Of a stretch of DNA of 64,000 nucleotides, positions 46,263-56,790 are shown piece after piece. The stretch is from Syntrophaceae bacterium UBA6078 (lineage in GTDB: Bacteria; Desulfobacterota; Syntrophia; Syntrophales; UBA2210). The notes beneath the pieces were generated by a model. It was not told the origin of the DNA and searched no databases. It saw only the letters and a program-made list of their open reading frames with translations. The position numbers and the translations under genes are program-made. The number at the start of each line of letters is the position of its first letter. Position 1 is the first letter of the stretch. The DNA lies in contig DIXO01000050.1 in assembly GCA_002428735.1 (NCBI GenBank), forward strand, positions 3,182 to 67,181, given 5' to 3'.

Positions 46263-46547
46263 ATATTATATTGGATCATGAATGGGATTTATTGACAATA
46301 TCGATCAATACCCATAATTTTATTATGTGTTTCGTTTATAAATGTCAAGCGTAGAAGTCCTTGTGCCGAAATGCTCGATGGCTACTCCAAGTTTTTTTAC
46401 TGAAATCGCCACAGCATTTTATTGACTATGGGCCGAGACGTGGTATTTCCCCGCAGGGGAGAGGCGATGTCTTATTAAGCATGAATTGAAACGCCATCCC
46501 CTGAAGATTAAGTTTCCCGTGATGCAACCTGGGAAGGAATTTGTCAT

Positions 46548-49001
46548 ATGTCCGATCGGGCCGCCCATCTCAACTCTCTGCCGGATGACCTCCATTCGGC
46601 TGCCAATGCTTTCGCCGTAGACGCGCTCATCAGGCGGCTCCGTGCCTATTACCCGGACATGAGCGGATTCACCGCCGTTTCGATGACGGGCCGCGGCCGC
46701 GATTTTTTGCATCACCTCGTGCATACCCGGATCGGCGGTCTCCTCCCCGCCGTCCTTTCCTTCAACGACTACAGATCCCACCGCATCGCCGAAGCGACAG
46801 GCCGCACGGCCGTGCCGGAGGATGAAGCCTTCCTCCACTTTCATGCCCTTCGCTGCCGTGAAGAGGGCCGCTCTCTTCCCCCAGCCGACACCCAGCGTCT
46901 GCTCTCGTTTTTGACCACGCTCGCCGAGTATTCCGTGACCATCGACGAATTGCGCGCGCTGGACCGGATCGGCCCAGAACAATTCGAACGGATCGACCGG
47001 TTCTTCGCGACGATGGAGGCCTTCCGCGCCCGTCTTGCCGCCGGGGGGCTTTTCTATCCGCCGTTCGAAGCGACACGGTTTGCCGACCTCACACCGGGCG
47101 ACGGTGAATTCTTCATCGGCCTTCCCCTCATGACCCCCGGGAACGAGCGCTTTTTCAGCCGCATCCCGCAAGATCGGCTCTTTGTGGATGCGCCCCTTTT
47201 CGGCCCCAATATGCCAATGGAGCCCCCCGATTACGAGACGGCCCTGTCGCTCGTCAGACGGATCGGTATCGCCGAACGGCGCCATGACGGCGAATTGCCT
47301 GTGTTCACCGAACTTGCCGAACGGGCCGCCCTGCCGACGCTTCTCGCCCGGGAGATCGACACCTTCTTACGGAATCACGGTAGCGATAGGGAACAGCTCT
47401 TCATCGTGCCTCTGGACGAGAAACTGTCATTCTATCTCTGGGAATTCCTCTTCCGGCCCCTCGGCGGTCAAGTCAACTTTGCGCCGTGGCTTCCCTTCAC
47501 CCACTTCGCGGCTGCGCAACGGCTTCGCGAGGGAATCCGCGACGGAAAGGGACTGGCAGCCATGCGACGGGATCTCGTCTCCGAGCTTACCACCCGGTGG
47601 AACGAACTCGACGAGGCCGATCATTCCGCGTTCGAGGGAGGGATCACGCTGTGCGACGAGTTGGATCGGCTCCGGGCGCTGATGCCGTTTACAGAAAACG
47701 AGTGGCTGCCTCTAGCCGAGTACTTCATCGCCGTAAAGAAGCTGCGACTGCGCGGCAGGCGTGACGCACCCATACAGGTTGTGGGGCTGGGCGACGCAAC
47801 CGGCGTCCCCTATGCGCGCGCCGTCATTCTGCCCATGAACAGCGACATCTTCCCGCGCAGGCCCTTCAGCGGTCCCTACCTCAACCTGATCCATCTGCCG
47901 CGCATCTACCGGACGCAGTACGAGGCGGACGATCTCGCGCTGAGGCAGTTCCTTTCCTTCGGCCGGACGGCCCACATCGCCGCCCTGTACGATCAGGCAA
48001 ACGGCGATGCGCCATCAGCCCACTTCTCTTTCCTTGCCACCGAATTCGGCCAAAGAATGGTGAAGCGGCGGATGGTTCCGGCAGCGTTGCGCGGACCGGC
48101 CGGCAGCCTCGTTATCGAGAACACGGATGAACTGAAAGAGCGGCTCCGGCGGCATACATGGTCCTTCAGCTCGCTGAAGAACTTTTTCACCTGCCCCTGC
48201 CGCTTCATCTTGGAAGATATGGAGGCCGTGAAACCTCCCTCCTGCTTTGAAGACAAAGACAGCACCAATCTCCTCATCGGAGAGTTCCTCCACCGCTTCT
48301 TTGCGGAGCTGAAAGAACATCGCCCCGCCGTCCTACATTGGCAGGAACTGTTCGACACAAGATGGGAGAGCGACGAGGATCTGCGTATGAAACTCCCGGA
48401 CCAGGCTGTGCGCAAAGCTATCGTCCAGAGCCATCTGGCCGATATTGCCGCCTGGGAAAAGGAAACGGGCCGGCCAATTCTCTTTTCCGATGAGGTGACG
48501 GAAGCCGAACTCGAACTGAGCGCTCCCTTCGGCAGCGGCCGCTACCGACTTAAAGGGCGCATCGACCGCCTACAGCGCGATGGAGACCAAACACTCATCA
48601 CCGATCTCAAATACAAAGAGAAGAAAACCTACGCTGAAAAGGATCGCCTCGTAGATCGGCTGGAGAAGACCGACGTCTTCGACGATCGTTTCCAGCTCCT
48701 AATTTATGCCTATCTCACCCTGCAGAACAAGAGGGCGACGCCCGGCCTGCTCGATGCAGCCCATCTCTTTTTGCGTCCGAGAATGCGCGGCGATTATGAG
48801 GGCCGCCTTGCCAAGGAAGACCTGGACGCCTGTGATGCCACGATGGAGGGCATCGCCGGGCGACTTGATGCGCTGCTGGCCCTGGAACGCTTCACTCCGA
48901 ACTTCCGCGCCGACGGCTGTTCATATTGCCCCTACAAGGCTCTCTGCCTCAAACCAGACCTCTATCAGACGATAGGACGACCAGGGGGCCACCCATGGTG
49001 A
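46548..49001 (+). CDS. addB: AddB-type PD-(D/E)XK nuclease subunit (Walker-A-less, Fe-S staple)
   Basis: The C-terminal RecB-family nuclease motif is GRIDRL...LITDLKYK. Four Cys bracket it (FTCPCRF ... GCSYCPYKALC), as in the AddB iron-sulfur staple. No GxxxxGK[ST] was seen. It overlaps the downstream helicase gene (ATGGTGA). Confidence 0.8.
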   Translation: MSDRAAHLNSLPDDLHSAANAFAVDALIRRLRAYYPDMSGFTAVSMTGRGRDFLHHLVHTRIGGLLPAVLSFNDYRSHRIAEATGRTAVPEDEAFLHFHALRCREEGRSLPPADTQRLLSFLTTLAEYSVTIDELRALDRIGPEQFERIDRFFATMEAFRARLAAGGLFYPPFEATRFADLTPGDGEFFIGLPLMTPGNERFFSRIPQDRLFVDAPLFGPNMPMEPPDYETALSLVRRIGIAERRHDGELPVFTELAERAALPTLLAREIDTFLRNHGSDREQLFIVPLDEKLSFYLWEFLFRPLGGQVNFAPWLPFTHFAAAQRLREGIRDGKGLAAMRRDLVSELTTRWNELDEADHSAFEGGITLCDELDRLRALMPFTENEWLPLAEYFIAVKKLRLRGRRDAPIQVVGLGDATGVPYARAVILPMNSDIFPRRPFSGPYLNLIHLPRIYRTQYEADDLALRQFLSFGRTAHIAALYDQANGDAPSAHFSFLATEFGQRMVKRRMVPAALRGPAGSLVIENTDELKERLRRHTWSFSSLKNFFTCPCRFILEDMEAVKPPSCFEDKDSTNLLIGEFLHRFFAELKEHRPAVLHWQELFDTRWESDEDLRMKLPDQAVRKAIVQSHLADIAAWEKETGRPILFSDEVTEAELELSAPFGSGRYRLKGRIDRLQRDGDQTLITDLKYKEKKTYAEKDRLVDRLEKTDVFDDRFQLLIYAYLTLQNKRATPGLLDAAHLFLRPRMRGDYEGRLAKEDLDACDATMEGIAGRLDALLALERFTPNFRADGCSYCPYKALCLKPDLYQTIGRPGGHPW

Positions 49002-51832
49002 GGAGCCTTTTCGTCACCGCCTCGGCCGGTTCGGGGAAGACCTTCCGCCTGACCCGGGAGGTCCGCAGCCACCTCGACCGGGAGGGAGAATTCGTTGTCG
49101 CCGCCACCTTCACCCGCGCCGCGGCGGCAGAGATGGAAAAAAGGATCCTCGATGCTATCGACGAAGGGAAGGAGAGCCCCGCCGACAAGCTGCGGTTCAT
49201 CATGCGGGCCGCTAGGGTCCACTTTTCCACGATCGATGCGCTCTTTCACCAGTTTCTTTCCACTGAAGCCTATGTTCCGCAGTTGGCCGACGACCACGAG
49301 AAGGCGATCATCGCCACGCTCGCCGACACGCGTTTTTTCCAGCATCCGCGCGTTCTGGCCGACATCGAAAGCATCGTGATCGCGGCCCGATTCCTCCATC
49401 TGCAGCCCGATTCCCTGATCGCGGAGCTGGATAAGGGCAGAGAGTCACTGGAGGCATGGGACTGCCCCGAGCGTCTGCTCGATGCACTCAAGGGCGAACA
49501 GGCGCGGCTTGTCGCCGAGTACGATCAGCTGCGTGCCAAGGTGCAGGTCGTCGCGGAAGCGACGCGGGGAGCCCTGCGCAGCCAGGTGGCCACCCCCTTA
49601 CTTGAACCGCTCGCCGGGGTGGACCTCAAACGGGCGCTTTTCCTCAAAGACAACCTCGCTGATGTTCGCGTAGCCGCAGCCGATCGCGCCACGCCCGCCT
49701 ACGCGGCCTTGGAGGACCTCTATCCGCGGATGCGCGTTCTGATCTCCGAACACCTCATCAACACGAAACGGTTGCGAAGCGCCCTTCTCAAGCGTTTCAT
49801 CGCCCTGCGTGCCGACGTCATTGCCGAGGAGAAGGAAAAACTCGGACGGCTCTTCTTCGACGACGTCCCAAGGAAGCTCATCGCCCTCGATGGACCGGAC
49901 AGCCCCGACCGACCGCTTTTTGCTGCACGCCTCTATGAAATGGGCTTCCACCGGACGGCCCATCTGCTCCTCGACGAGTTTCAGGACACGTCGCAAATCC
50001 AGTTTACCCTGCTTCGGCCTTTGATCGAAGATATCCTCGGCTCCGTGGGGAGCAATGCCGAGGGAGACCGGTCGATCTTCCTCGTGGGAGACTGGAAACA
50101 GTCGATCTACCAGTGGCGGGGGGCGGCGCCCGATATGCTCCGGGCCTCGCTCACCCCAGCCCTCGCGAGCGGACAGATTGCTGCCGAGACTCTTCCTTAC
50201 AACTACCGTTCGACACCGCTTCTCATCGAATTTTTCAACCATCTGGTCGCCGACCTCTTCGCCGGAACCGACAAAGTCAACATGCAGGTGCCGCCGGAAA
50301 AGCCGAAGCACCCCTACGGCGGCATCTCCGAGGTGGCGGTTATCCCGGTCGCCTGCGGAGCGGGAGACGAGCCGGTGTACGAGCGGCTCATCGAAGCGAT
50401 TGTCCAAAAAAAGGCGGAGTGCGGTCGCCCCTGGGGCGATATCGCAGTGCTGTGCCGCACCAACAGGCATATGGATAAGGCCGCGGCGGCGCTGGCCAGA
50501 GCCGGAATCCCCACCTCGGGGATCCGCGGCCGCGAGATGCTGTCACTCCGGGAGGGAACGGCGCTCTATCTTTCGCTCATCGCGCTTTTCACGGCCCACG
50601 ACGGCCGCTTCATTCCCCGCGCCCTCAAGTCTTTGGGCTATGGGGAGGCCCAGGGCACGACATTGATGTCCGCCGTCGCGCAGCTCGCCGAAACTATCGG
50701 CAACGCGCCCCGGCCGCACCGGTTCGCGGCCTTCGCCTCCGCCCTGCGCGACCTTGCGCCTCATTTCCCGCGCATCCTCATCGAAACGCTCTGGGATGAG
50801 GCGGAGCGATACTTCGACCGGCCCGATGCCGTCGATGCCGCTGCCTTCCTGCGCTACCTGCTCACCATGTCGCACCTTATCACCATACCCGAGGGAGAGC
50901 ATGCTGACCGGGTGAAGCTGGCCACGATCCACGGTACCAAGGGCCTTGAATTTCCCCATGTCTTTCTCTTCTGGAAAGAGGAGCACGACAGGGCGCCCGA
51001 AATTCCGCACCCCGAAGATGGCTGTCCGCTCAGCCTGAGCAAAGACGAACTGGCTTTTCTCGCTACCGACCCGATAGAAGGAGCTGCAGCCATTGCCGAG
51101 GCGGTAACTGTTGTGAAGGAAGAAAGGGCCGAAGAGACGGCCAATATCATCTACGTCGCCGCGACCCGCGCCGCCAAGAGTCTGACGATCCTCCTGCGGG
51201 CGGACCGGGAGGGCGCCTTGAAGGGCTACAGTGAGCGAATGTTTACAACGGCCCAGGAAACTATAGCGGACGCCGAGCGCACCGAATTCGGCTGGCGGCA
51301 TGACTACGGCCTCGAAAAGCCGCGCCCCGCGGACCATGAGGATCTGATCGCGCCTGATCTGGGCGATCTCCCCGCCGTGCCAGCCGACAGCGACGAAATG
51401 GACGCGGCCCTGCGCTCCGCCGCCATCGAGGCGGGAATTGAGCGCGGTCTTCGCATCCACACGATCCTCGCCCGCCTCACATGCGATCGCCAAACGATTG
51501 CCCCTGACAGCCTCGCCGCAGAAGAGCAGGCCGTGGTCGAGCGGTTCCTGCACGAAGAGAAGGTGCGAGAGATCCTCTTCCGACCCGGGAAGGTCCTCGT
51601 CGAACAGCACATCTCCGACACCCGCGCCTTCGGCATCGTGGACCGGCTCATCATCGCCCCCGACCGCATCACCCTCATCGACTTCAAAACGGGTCACGTC
51701 GGCCATTTGGCTGACAAGTATCGGCCCCAGATGCTCCGCTACCGGATGATTCTCCAAGGGCTGTTCGCAGGGCGTCCGGTCGAGTGCTATCTGCTGTTCG
51801 TGGACGAGCCGCAACGGATTGTGATAATTTAA
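48995..51832 (+). CDS. addA: AddA-type UvrD/Rep-family helicase-nuclease
   Basis: Walker A TASAGSGKTF, DEFQDTS (motif II), VGDWKQSIYQWRGA, TIHGTKGLEF, YVAATRA, and the C-terminal nuclease GIVDRL...LIDFKTG. I chose the ATG at 48995 (MVRSLFVTAS). Confidence 0.85.
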   Translation: MVRSLFVTASAGSGKTFRLTREVRSHLDREGEFVVAATFTRAAAAEMEKRILDAIDEGKESPADKLRFIMRAARVHFSTIDALFHQFLSTEAYVPQLADDHEKAIIATLADTRFFQHPRVLADIESIVIAARFLHLQPDSLIAELDKGRESLEAWDCPERLLDALKGEQARLVAEYDQLRAKVQVVAEATRGALRSQVATPLLEPLAGVDLKRALFLKDNLADVRVAAADRATPAYAALEDLYPRMRVLISEHLINTKRLRSALLKRFIALRADVIAEEKEKLGRLFFDDVPRKLIALDGPDSPDRPLFAARLYEMGFHRTAHLLLDEFQDTSQIQFTLLRPLIEDILGSVGSNAEGDRSIFLVGDWKQSIYQWRGAAPDMLRASLTPALASGQIAAETLPYNYRSTPLLIEFFNHLVADLFAGTDKVNMQVPPEKPKHPYGGISEVAVIPVACGAGDEPVYERLIEAIVQKKAECGRPWGDIAVLCRTNRHMDKAAAALARAGIPTSGIRGREMLSLREGTALYLSLIALFTAHDGRFIPRALKSLGYGEAQGTTLMSAVAQLAETIGNAPRPHRFAAFASALRDLAPHFPRILIETLWDEAERYFDRPDAVDAAAFLRYLLTMSHLITIPEGEHADRVKLATIHGTKGLEFPHVFLFWKEEHDRAPEIPHPEDGCPLSLSKDELAFLATDPIEGAAAIAEAVTVVKEERAEETANIIYVAATRAAKSLTILLRADREGALKGYSERMFTTAQETIADAERTEFGWRHDYGLEKPRPADHEDLIAPDLGDLPAVPADSDEMDAALRSAAIEAGIERGLRIHTILARLTCDRQTIAPDSLAAEEQAVVERFLHEEKVREILFRPGKVLVEQHISDTRAFGIVDRLIIAPDRITLIDFKTGHVGHLADKYRPQMLRYRMILQGLFAGRPVECYLLFVDEPQRIVII

Positions 51833-51947
51833 TAAGCTTTGGATAGGAAAAGCCGATGGCTTTCGAAAACGAGACTGACCATCAGGTTACCTTAGAAGGT
51901 CGTTTACTCCAACAAAAACATCATCATGCTTGCTTGTGGCAGCTTCG

Positions 51948-53687
51948 TCAAATTTTTGGACTTTCATTGAACCTGTCTTTCTGCCCGGGACCATCTAATA
52001 GGGTCACACGAAGAAACCTAAGATAACGCCTCTCCAGATTTCCTTCTTCGATATTTTCGTATTCCCTGCGGAACGAATCCCAGATTCCTGAGAGGGCTTC
52101 ATGAAGGGCTTGTTGGGCTGGCGGTTCAAAATCCGCGGCCCCCTTCATGAAATCAGAGATAAAGATCACGGCGAAGTCTTGCATTCGATAGGGCGGCCCG
52201 GCGTCATTCCGGCGAACGGTGTGGAAGAAGCGCTTCACATCCGCAGGCGTAAGCGGTGCGGGAGATGACTCTTTATTTAGAATCCGGCGAATCCATCGAT
52301 TGAACAGCAGAAAATGGAACGTCATGCCAGGTGCATGTAAATGACATCTCCCGGATCGGTTCTGGGAAAGGCGTGCTAAGATGCGGTCGAGGGCCTGAAC
52401 TTGACCGAGGATCTTTCTGGCATCATCAATATCCCGGACACTCCCGAAATCTCTGAATAAATCAGGCGCATTCTTTTCGGCATAGAGCCGCGGGGGAATG
52501 GCCAGAAGGCCGTCCAGCATTTCGCCCCATGGCGTTCCCCAGAAGTCGTTTCCTTTTCCCTGCCGAACAAACCAGCTTTCCTTTCGCCAGCGGTTTGCCT
52601 CCCATTGCAGCTTCATCGCAAAGCCGTATCCCACGCGGAAGATCGTCAGCAGGGGATGACTTTGGAGCAGTACGGCTGCGGCTTCGCCGTCACTGCCGCA
52701 GAGGCGTTCCAGGGCGACGTTCAGATAGGACGCCACCCGGCGGCAGGAGGCTGCCAGATAGTCAACATTGGCAGCCTCGGCAAAAGCGCCTGCAGCGATG
52801 ATCCGGTTGCACAGGCCGGCGAATTCCAGGCGGATGCGGTCCTGGAGAAGGGGATCGCCGATACGCGAAAGTGCCTCGGCAAACAGGAGGTCCTCTCCGA
52901 CATGCATGAGCGGAGAGACAGGGATAAGCGCGCCTTCCTCGGTGGAGCAGAGCCGTCCAGGAAGAAGGAGCGGCGGCTTCTCGGCGCGAAGTACCGCCGG
53001 GTCAAGGGGAGCGTATACGGCAACTGCCTCCTCGTAGGGAAGAAATCCGTGTTCGGCGAGACGGCCGTTCCTAAAGCGGTAGAGTTCCTCCTCGACCTCG
53101 GTAGGGATGAGGGCAGCGAGGCCGTAAAGAAGAGCCTGGTAGGCATGATGATCCTTACTGGCCAGGGTCCGCAGAAGCCCTTCGATGGCCTCGCGATCCT
53201 CTTCCCTGATTGGCCGGATATAGAACCGACCATCCAGCGTGAAATACCACCCTGAAAGATCGGCATCCTCTTCGCCGTCCCTGATGACGACTTCCGCTTT
53301 CCCGTTGATGAGCAAGGAAAACAGGGCATCACCTTGGCTGAATAGCCAAGCGGCGAACCGTGCAGGATCTGCGTCGTTCAGCCGCGAGAGCCACGACAGC
53401 ACCCTGTCCGCATCAAGCCGGTCTTTTTCCCAGGTCTCTAGATCAAGAAGGTATTCCCACTGATCCTTCGAAGCGAGCCTCAGGAGGGGAAGGCAGTCGG
53501 CCTCGCCGATCCTCTTGACGATCCAGAAGAAGTCCTCTTCCGGAAGGCGGCGAACGAAGATCTCCGGACTCTCCTCGTCCATAATGCGGTTGAGCAGAGC
53601 ACTGCCGGAGAGCTTCAAGAGATCATATACCGCCGGCAGTGATGAAATGACTGTGGATTTCGATTTGAGTTGGTACAAACCTCTCAT
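51948..53687 (-). CDS. Conserved hypothetical protein (579 aa, acidic/helical, no recognised catalytic motif)
   Basis: A long ORF co-oriented with and downstream of groEL. Its coding-like composition is similar to the neighbours. No motif I can name with confidence, and no obvious SD at the annotated start. Confidence 0.55.
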   Translation of the reverse strand: MRGLYQLKSKSTVISSLPAVYDLLKLSGSALLNRIMDEESPEIFVRRLPEEDFFWIVKRIGEADCLPLLRLASKDQWEYLLDLETWEKDRLDADRVLSWLSRLNDADPARFAAWLFSQGDALFSLLINGKAEVVIRDGEEDADLSGWYFTLDGRFYIRPIREEDREAIEGLLRTLASKDHHAYQALLYGLAALIPTEVEEELYRFRNGRLAEHGFLPYEEAVAVYAPLDPAVLRAEKPPLLLPGRLCSTEEGALIPVSPLMHVGEDLLFAEALSRIGDPLLQDRIRLEFAGLCNRIIAAGAFAEAANVDYLAASCRRVASYLNVALERLCGSDGEAAAVLLQSHPLLTIFRVGYGFAMKLQWEANRWRKESWFVRQGKGNDFWGTPWGEMLDGLLAIPPRLYAEKNAPDLFRDFGSVRDIDDARKILGQVQALDRILARLSQNRSGRCHLHAPGMTFHFLLFNRWIRRILNKESSPAPLTPADVKRFFHTVRRNDAGPPYRMQDFAVIFISDFMKGAADFEPPAQQALHEALSGIWDSFRREYENIEEGNLERRYLRFLRVTLLDGPGQKDRFNESPKI

Positions 53688-53705
53688 TGCCCGAAATAGG
53701 GAGGA

Positions 53706-53745
53706 GCCGCTCCCCGCCCGAGCGGATCGGAATGCGGGGAGCGGC
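53706..53745 (-). terminator. GC-rich hairpin after groEL (candidate terminator/attenuator)
   Basis: GCCGCTCCCCGC (53706-53717) and GCGGGGAGCGGC (53734-53745) form a perfect 12-bp stem with a 16-nt loop. It starts 10 nt after the groEL stop. The tail on the minus strand is only weakly T-rich (CTCCTCCCTATTT). Confidence 0.45.
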
Positions 53746-53754
53746 CTCAGGGGG

Positions 53755-55380
<1,626 letters not shown>

Positions 55381-55401
55381 ATTTACCCAGTCTCCTTTCT
55401 T

Positions 55402-55692
55402 TTACGACTCGATGACACCAAGGATGTCGTCTTCTCTCATAATGAGGTGTTCCACGCCGTCCATTTTGAATTCAGTGCCAGCATACCGGTTGAAGAGAAT
55501 GCGATCGCCTGCCTTCACATCAGGAGACGTGCGGTTCCCGTCCTTATCCAACTTTCCGGGTCCAACGGCGACGACCTTGCCCTCCTGAGGTTTTTCCTTG
55601 GCGGTGTCCGGAATGATGATTCCTCCCGCCGTCTTCTCTTCGCTCTCGGTACGGGTGACAACGATTCGATCATTGAGCGGTTTCAACTTCAT
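55402..55692 (-). CDS. groES: Co-chaperonin GroES
   Basis: [46 protein letters not shown]. 96 aa, with GGAGG upstream of the ATG at 55692. The tracked ORF's long 5' extension is rejected. Confidence 0.97.
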   Translation of the reverse strand: MKLKPLNDRIVVTRTESEEKTAGGIIIPDTAKEKPQEGKVVAVGPGKLDKDGNRTSPDVKAGDRILFNRYAGTEFKMDGVEHLIMREDDILGVIES

Positions 55693-55812
55693 TTTCAAAC
55701 CTCCTAAAAATAGTCTCCACAGACGCTGGAAAGGATGCGCCCGTGCTGTTGCCAATCCATTCAATCGTATAGAATCACTACGTAATTTGCTAAAATCACA
55801 TCCATCGTTGCA

Positions 55813-55836
55813 GGGGGTCTCCCTGAGGAGACCCCC
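55813..55836 (-). terminator. Perfect 10-bp hairpin between the small lipoprotein gene and groES
   Basis: GGGGGTCTCC-CTGA-GGAGACCCCC, starting 31 nt after the stop at 55868. No clear U-tail. Confidence 0.4.
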
Positions 55837-55867
55837 AGTTCGAAATTGGCAGTGATAGCCCGGCAAG

Positions 55868-56068
55868 TTACTTGGTTGTGGGAGTTGCCGGTTCTGCCGT
55901 GGTCGCAGGTGCTGCCGTACTTGTTCCGCTTGCAGGCGCGGGAGCGGGAGCCTCTGCCTTTGCTGGTTCTCCCGGCTTCTGCTCCTCTGCCTTGTTGCAT
56001 CCAACAACTGCAAGACTGAACGTCAGCAGGGAAAACAAAGAAAGAATGATAGCCATTACTTTCTTCAC
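55868..56068 (-). CDS. Small Pro/Ala/Thr-rich lipoprotein (hypothetical)
   Basis: GTG start 6 nt after GGAGGTGA. Signal peptide plus lipobox (SLAVVGC), then a low-complexity PAxAE/T-rich tail. 66 aa, with a hairpin downstream. Confidence 0.45.
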   Translation of the reverse strand: MKKVMAIILSLFSLLTFSLAVVGCNKAEEQKPGEPAKAEAPAPAPASGTSTAAPATTAEPATPTTK

Positions 56069-56186
56069 CGCACGTCACCTCCTTTCGAAGCTTCTCCATG
56101 TCTAAGAAGACACGGGGTGGTTATGAAAAGACTTAGAGCCAGAGGAATGTTTCATGGTAATCTCTGAGGCAGGATGGATTCTGTAA

Positions 56187-56687
56187 CTATGCTGCTTTGA
56201 TTTCAACTTTCGTAACTTTGCGCTTGTTTTCTTCCGACCACGGAATGGTAACCGTGATGATGCCATTCCTGTAAACGGCATCGACCTTGTCGTGGTCCAG
56301 ACCTTCGGGCAGTACGATGACCCTAGAAAACTTGCCGTAATCTGTTTCCCGAATCCAATAGTCTTGGGTCTTGCTTTCGGTTTCTTTTTTCTTTTCCCCG
56401 CGAACGGTCAAAGAACCATCGGCAACGCTCACTTCGACATCCTTCATGTCAATTCCCGGGATCTCCGCCTTGATTTTGACCCCTTTTTCATTCTCAAGGA
56501 TATCGACGGGAGGTGCAAAATAATCCAATTCTTCCGGTCTACTAAGAGACGGCCGATCGAAATCCCGGAAAAAATCTTCGAACATTCGGTTCATTTCCCG
56601 ACGCAGGGCCAAGAATGGGCTTCCCTCTACCCGTCGCAGGGGCATCTCGCTCCTCCGCCATGCGGTGGGCAACAGGTTTCTAATCAT
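56187..56687 (-). CDS. Hsp20/alpha-crystallin family small heat-shock protein
   Basis: Alpha-crystallin domain (PPVDILENEKGVKIKAEIPGIDMKDVEVSVADGSLTVRGEKK...FSRVIVLPEGLD...NGIITVTIP). Confidence 0.9.
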   Translation of the reverse strand: MIRNLLPTAWRRSEMPLRRVEGSPFLALRREMNRMFEDFFRDFDRPSLSRPEELDYFAPPVDILENEKGVKIKAEIPGIDMKDVEVSVADGSLTVRGEKKKETESKTQDYWIRETDYGKFSRVIVLPEGLDHDKVDAVYRNGIITVTIPWSEENKRKVTKVEIKAA

Positions 56688-56735
56688 ATGCTTTTCCTCC
56701 TTTCCCTTTCGGAATATTTGTTTGCAACACTATGA

Positions 56736-56752
56736 TAGTGTTAAGTTTAATG
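56736..56752. promoter_or_regulatory. 17-bp perfect palindrome upstream of hsp20 (candidate operator)
   Basis: AACACTAT-G-ATAGTGTT lies 49-65 nt upstream of the hsp20 ATG and 39 nt downstream of the dnaJ stop. It is not a CIRCE or HAIR consensus. Confidence 0.5.
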
Positions 56753-56790
56753 CCTTTTTTGAGCGTAAAATAATCACAGATTCGGCCTTG

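Larger units (their letters stand above)
44145..46300. mobile_element. Putative decayed integrative-element remnant (att scar + AbiE cargo), no integrase
   Basis: It runs from the tRNA 3' fragment and arm-like repeats at one side, through the AbiEi/AbiEii module, to a very AT-rich stretch at the other. Boundaries are approximate, and no recombinase gene is present. Confidence 0.3.

Noticed and set aside
46419-51814. Several long minus-strand ORFs (46419-47285, 49598-50470, 50543-51814) opposite addB/addA
   Set aside because: They are shadow ORFs of GC-rich genes. The plus-strand products carry complete helicase and nuclease motif sets, and the antisense translations carry none.
46548-51832. 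Helicase + PD-(D/E)XK nuclease pair as a Gabija/Hachiman-like defence system next to AbiE
   Set aside because: The domain order, the Fe-S staple cysteines, the dual nuclease motifs and the addB-addA arrangement fit AddAB recombination enzymes. Composition matches the core genome. The pair is kept only as a low-interest note.
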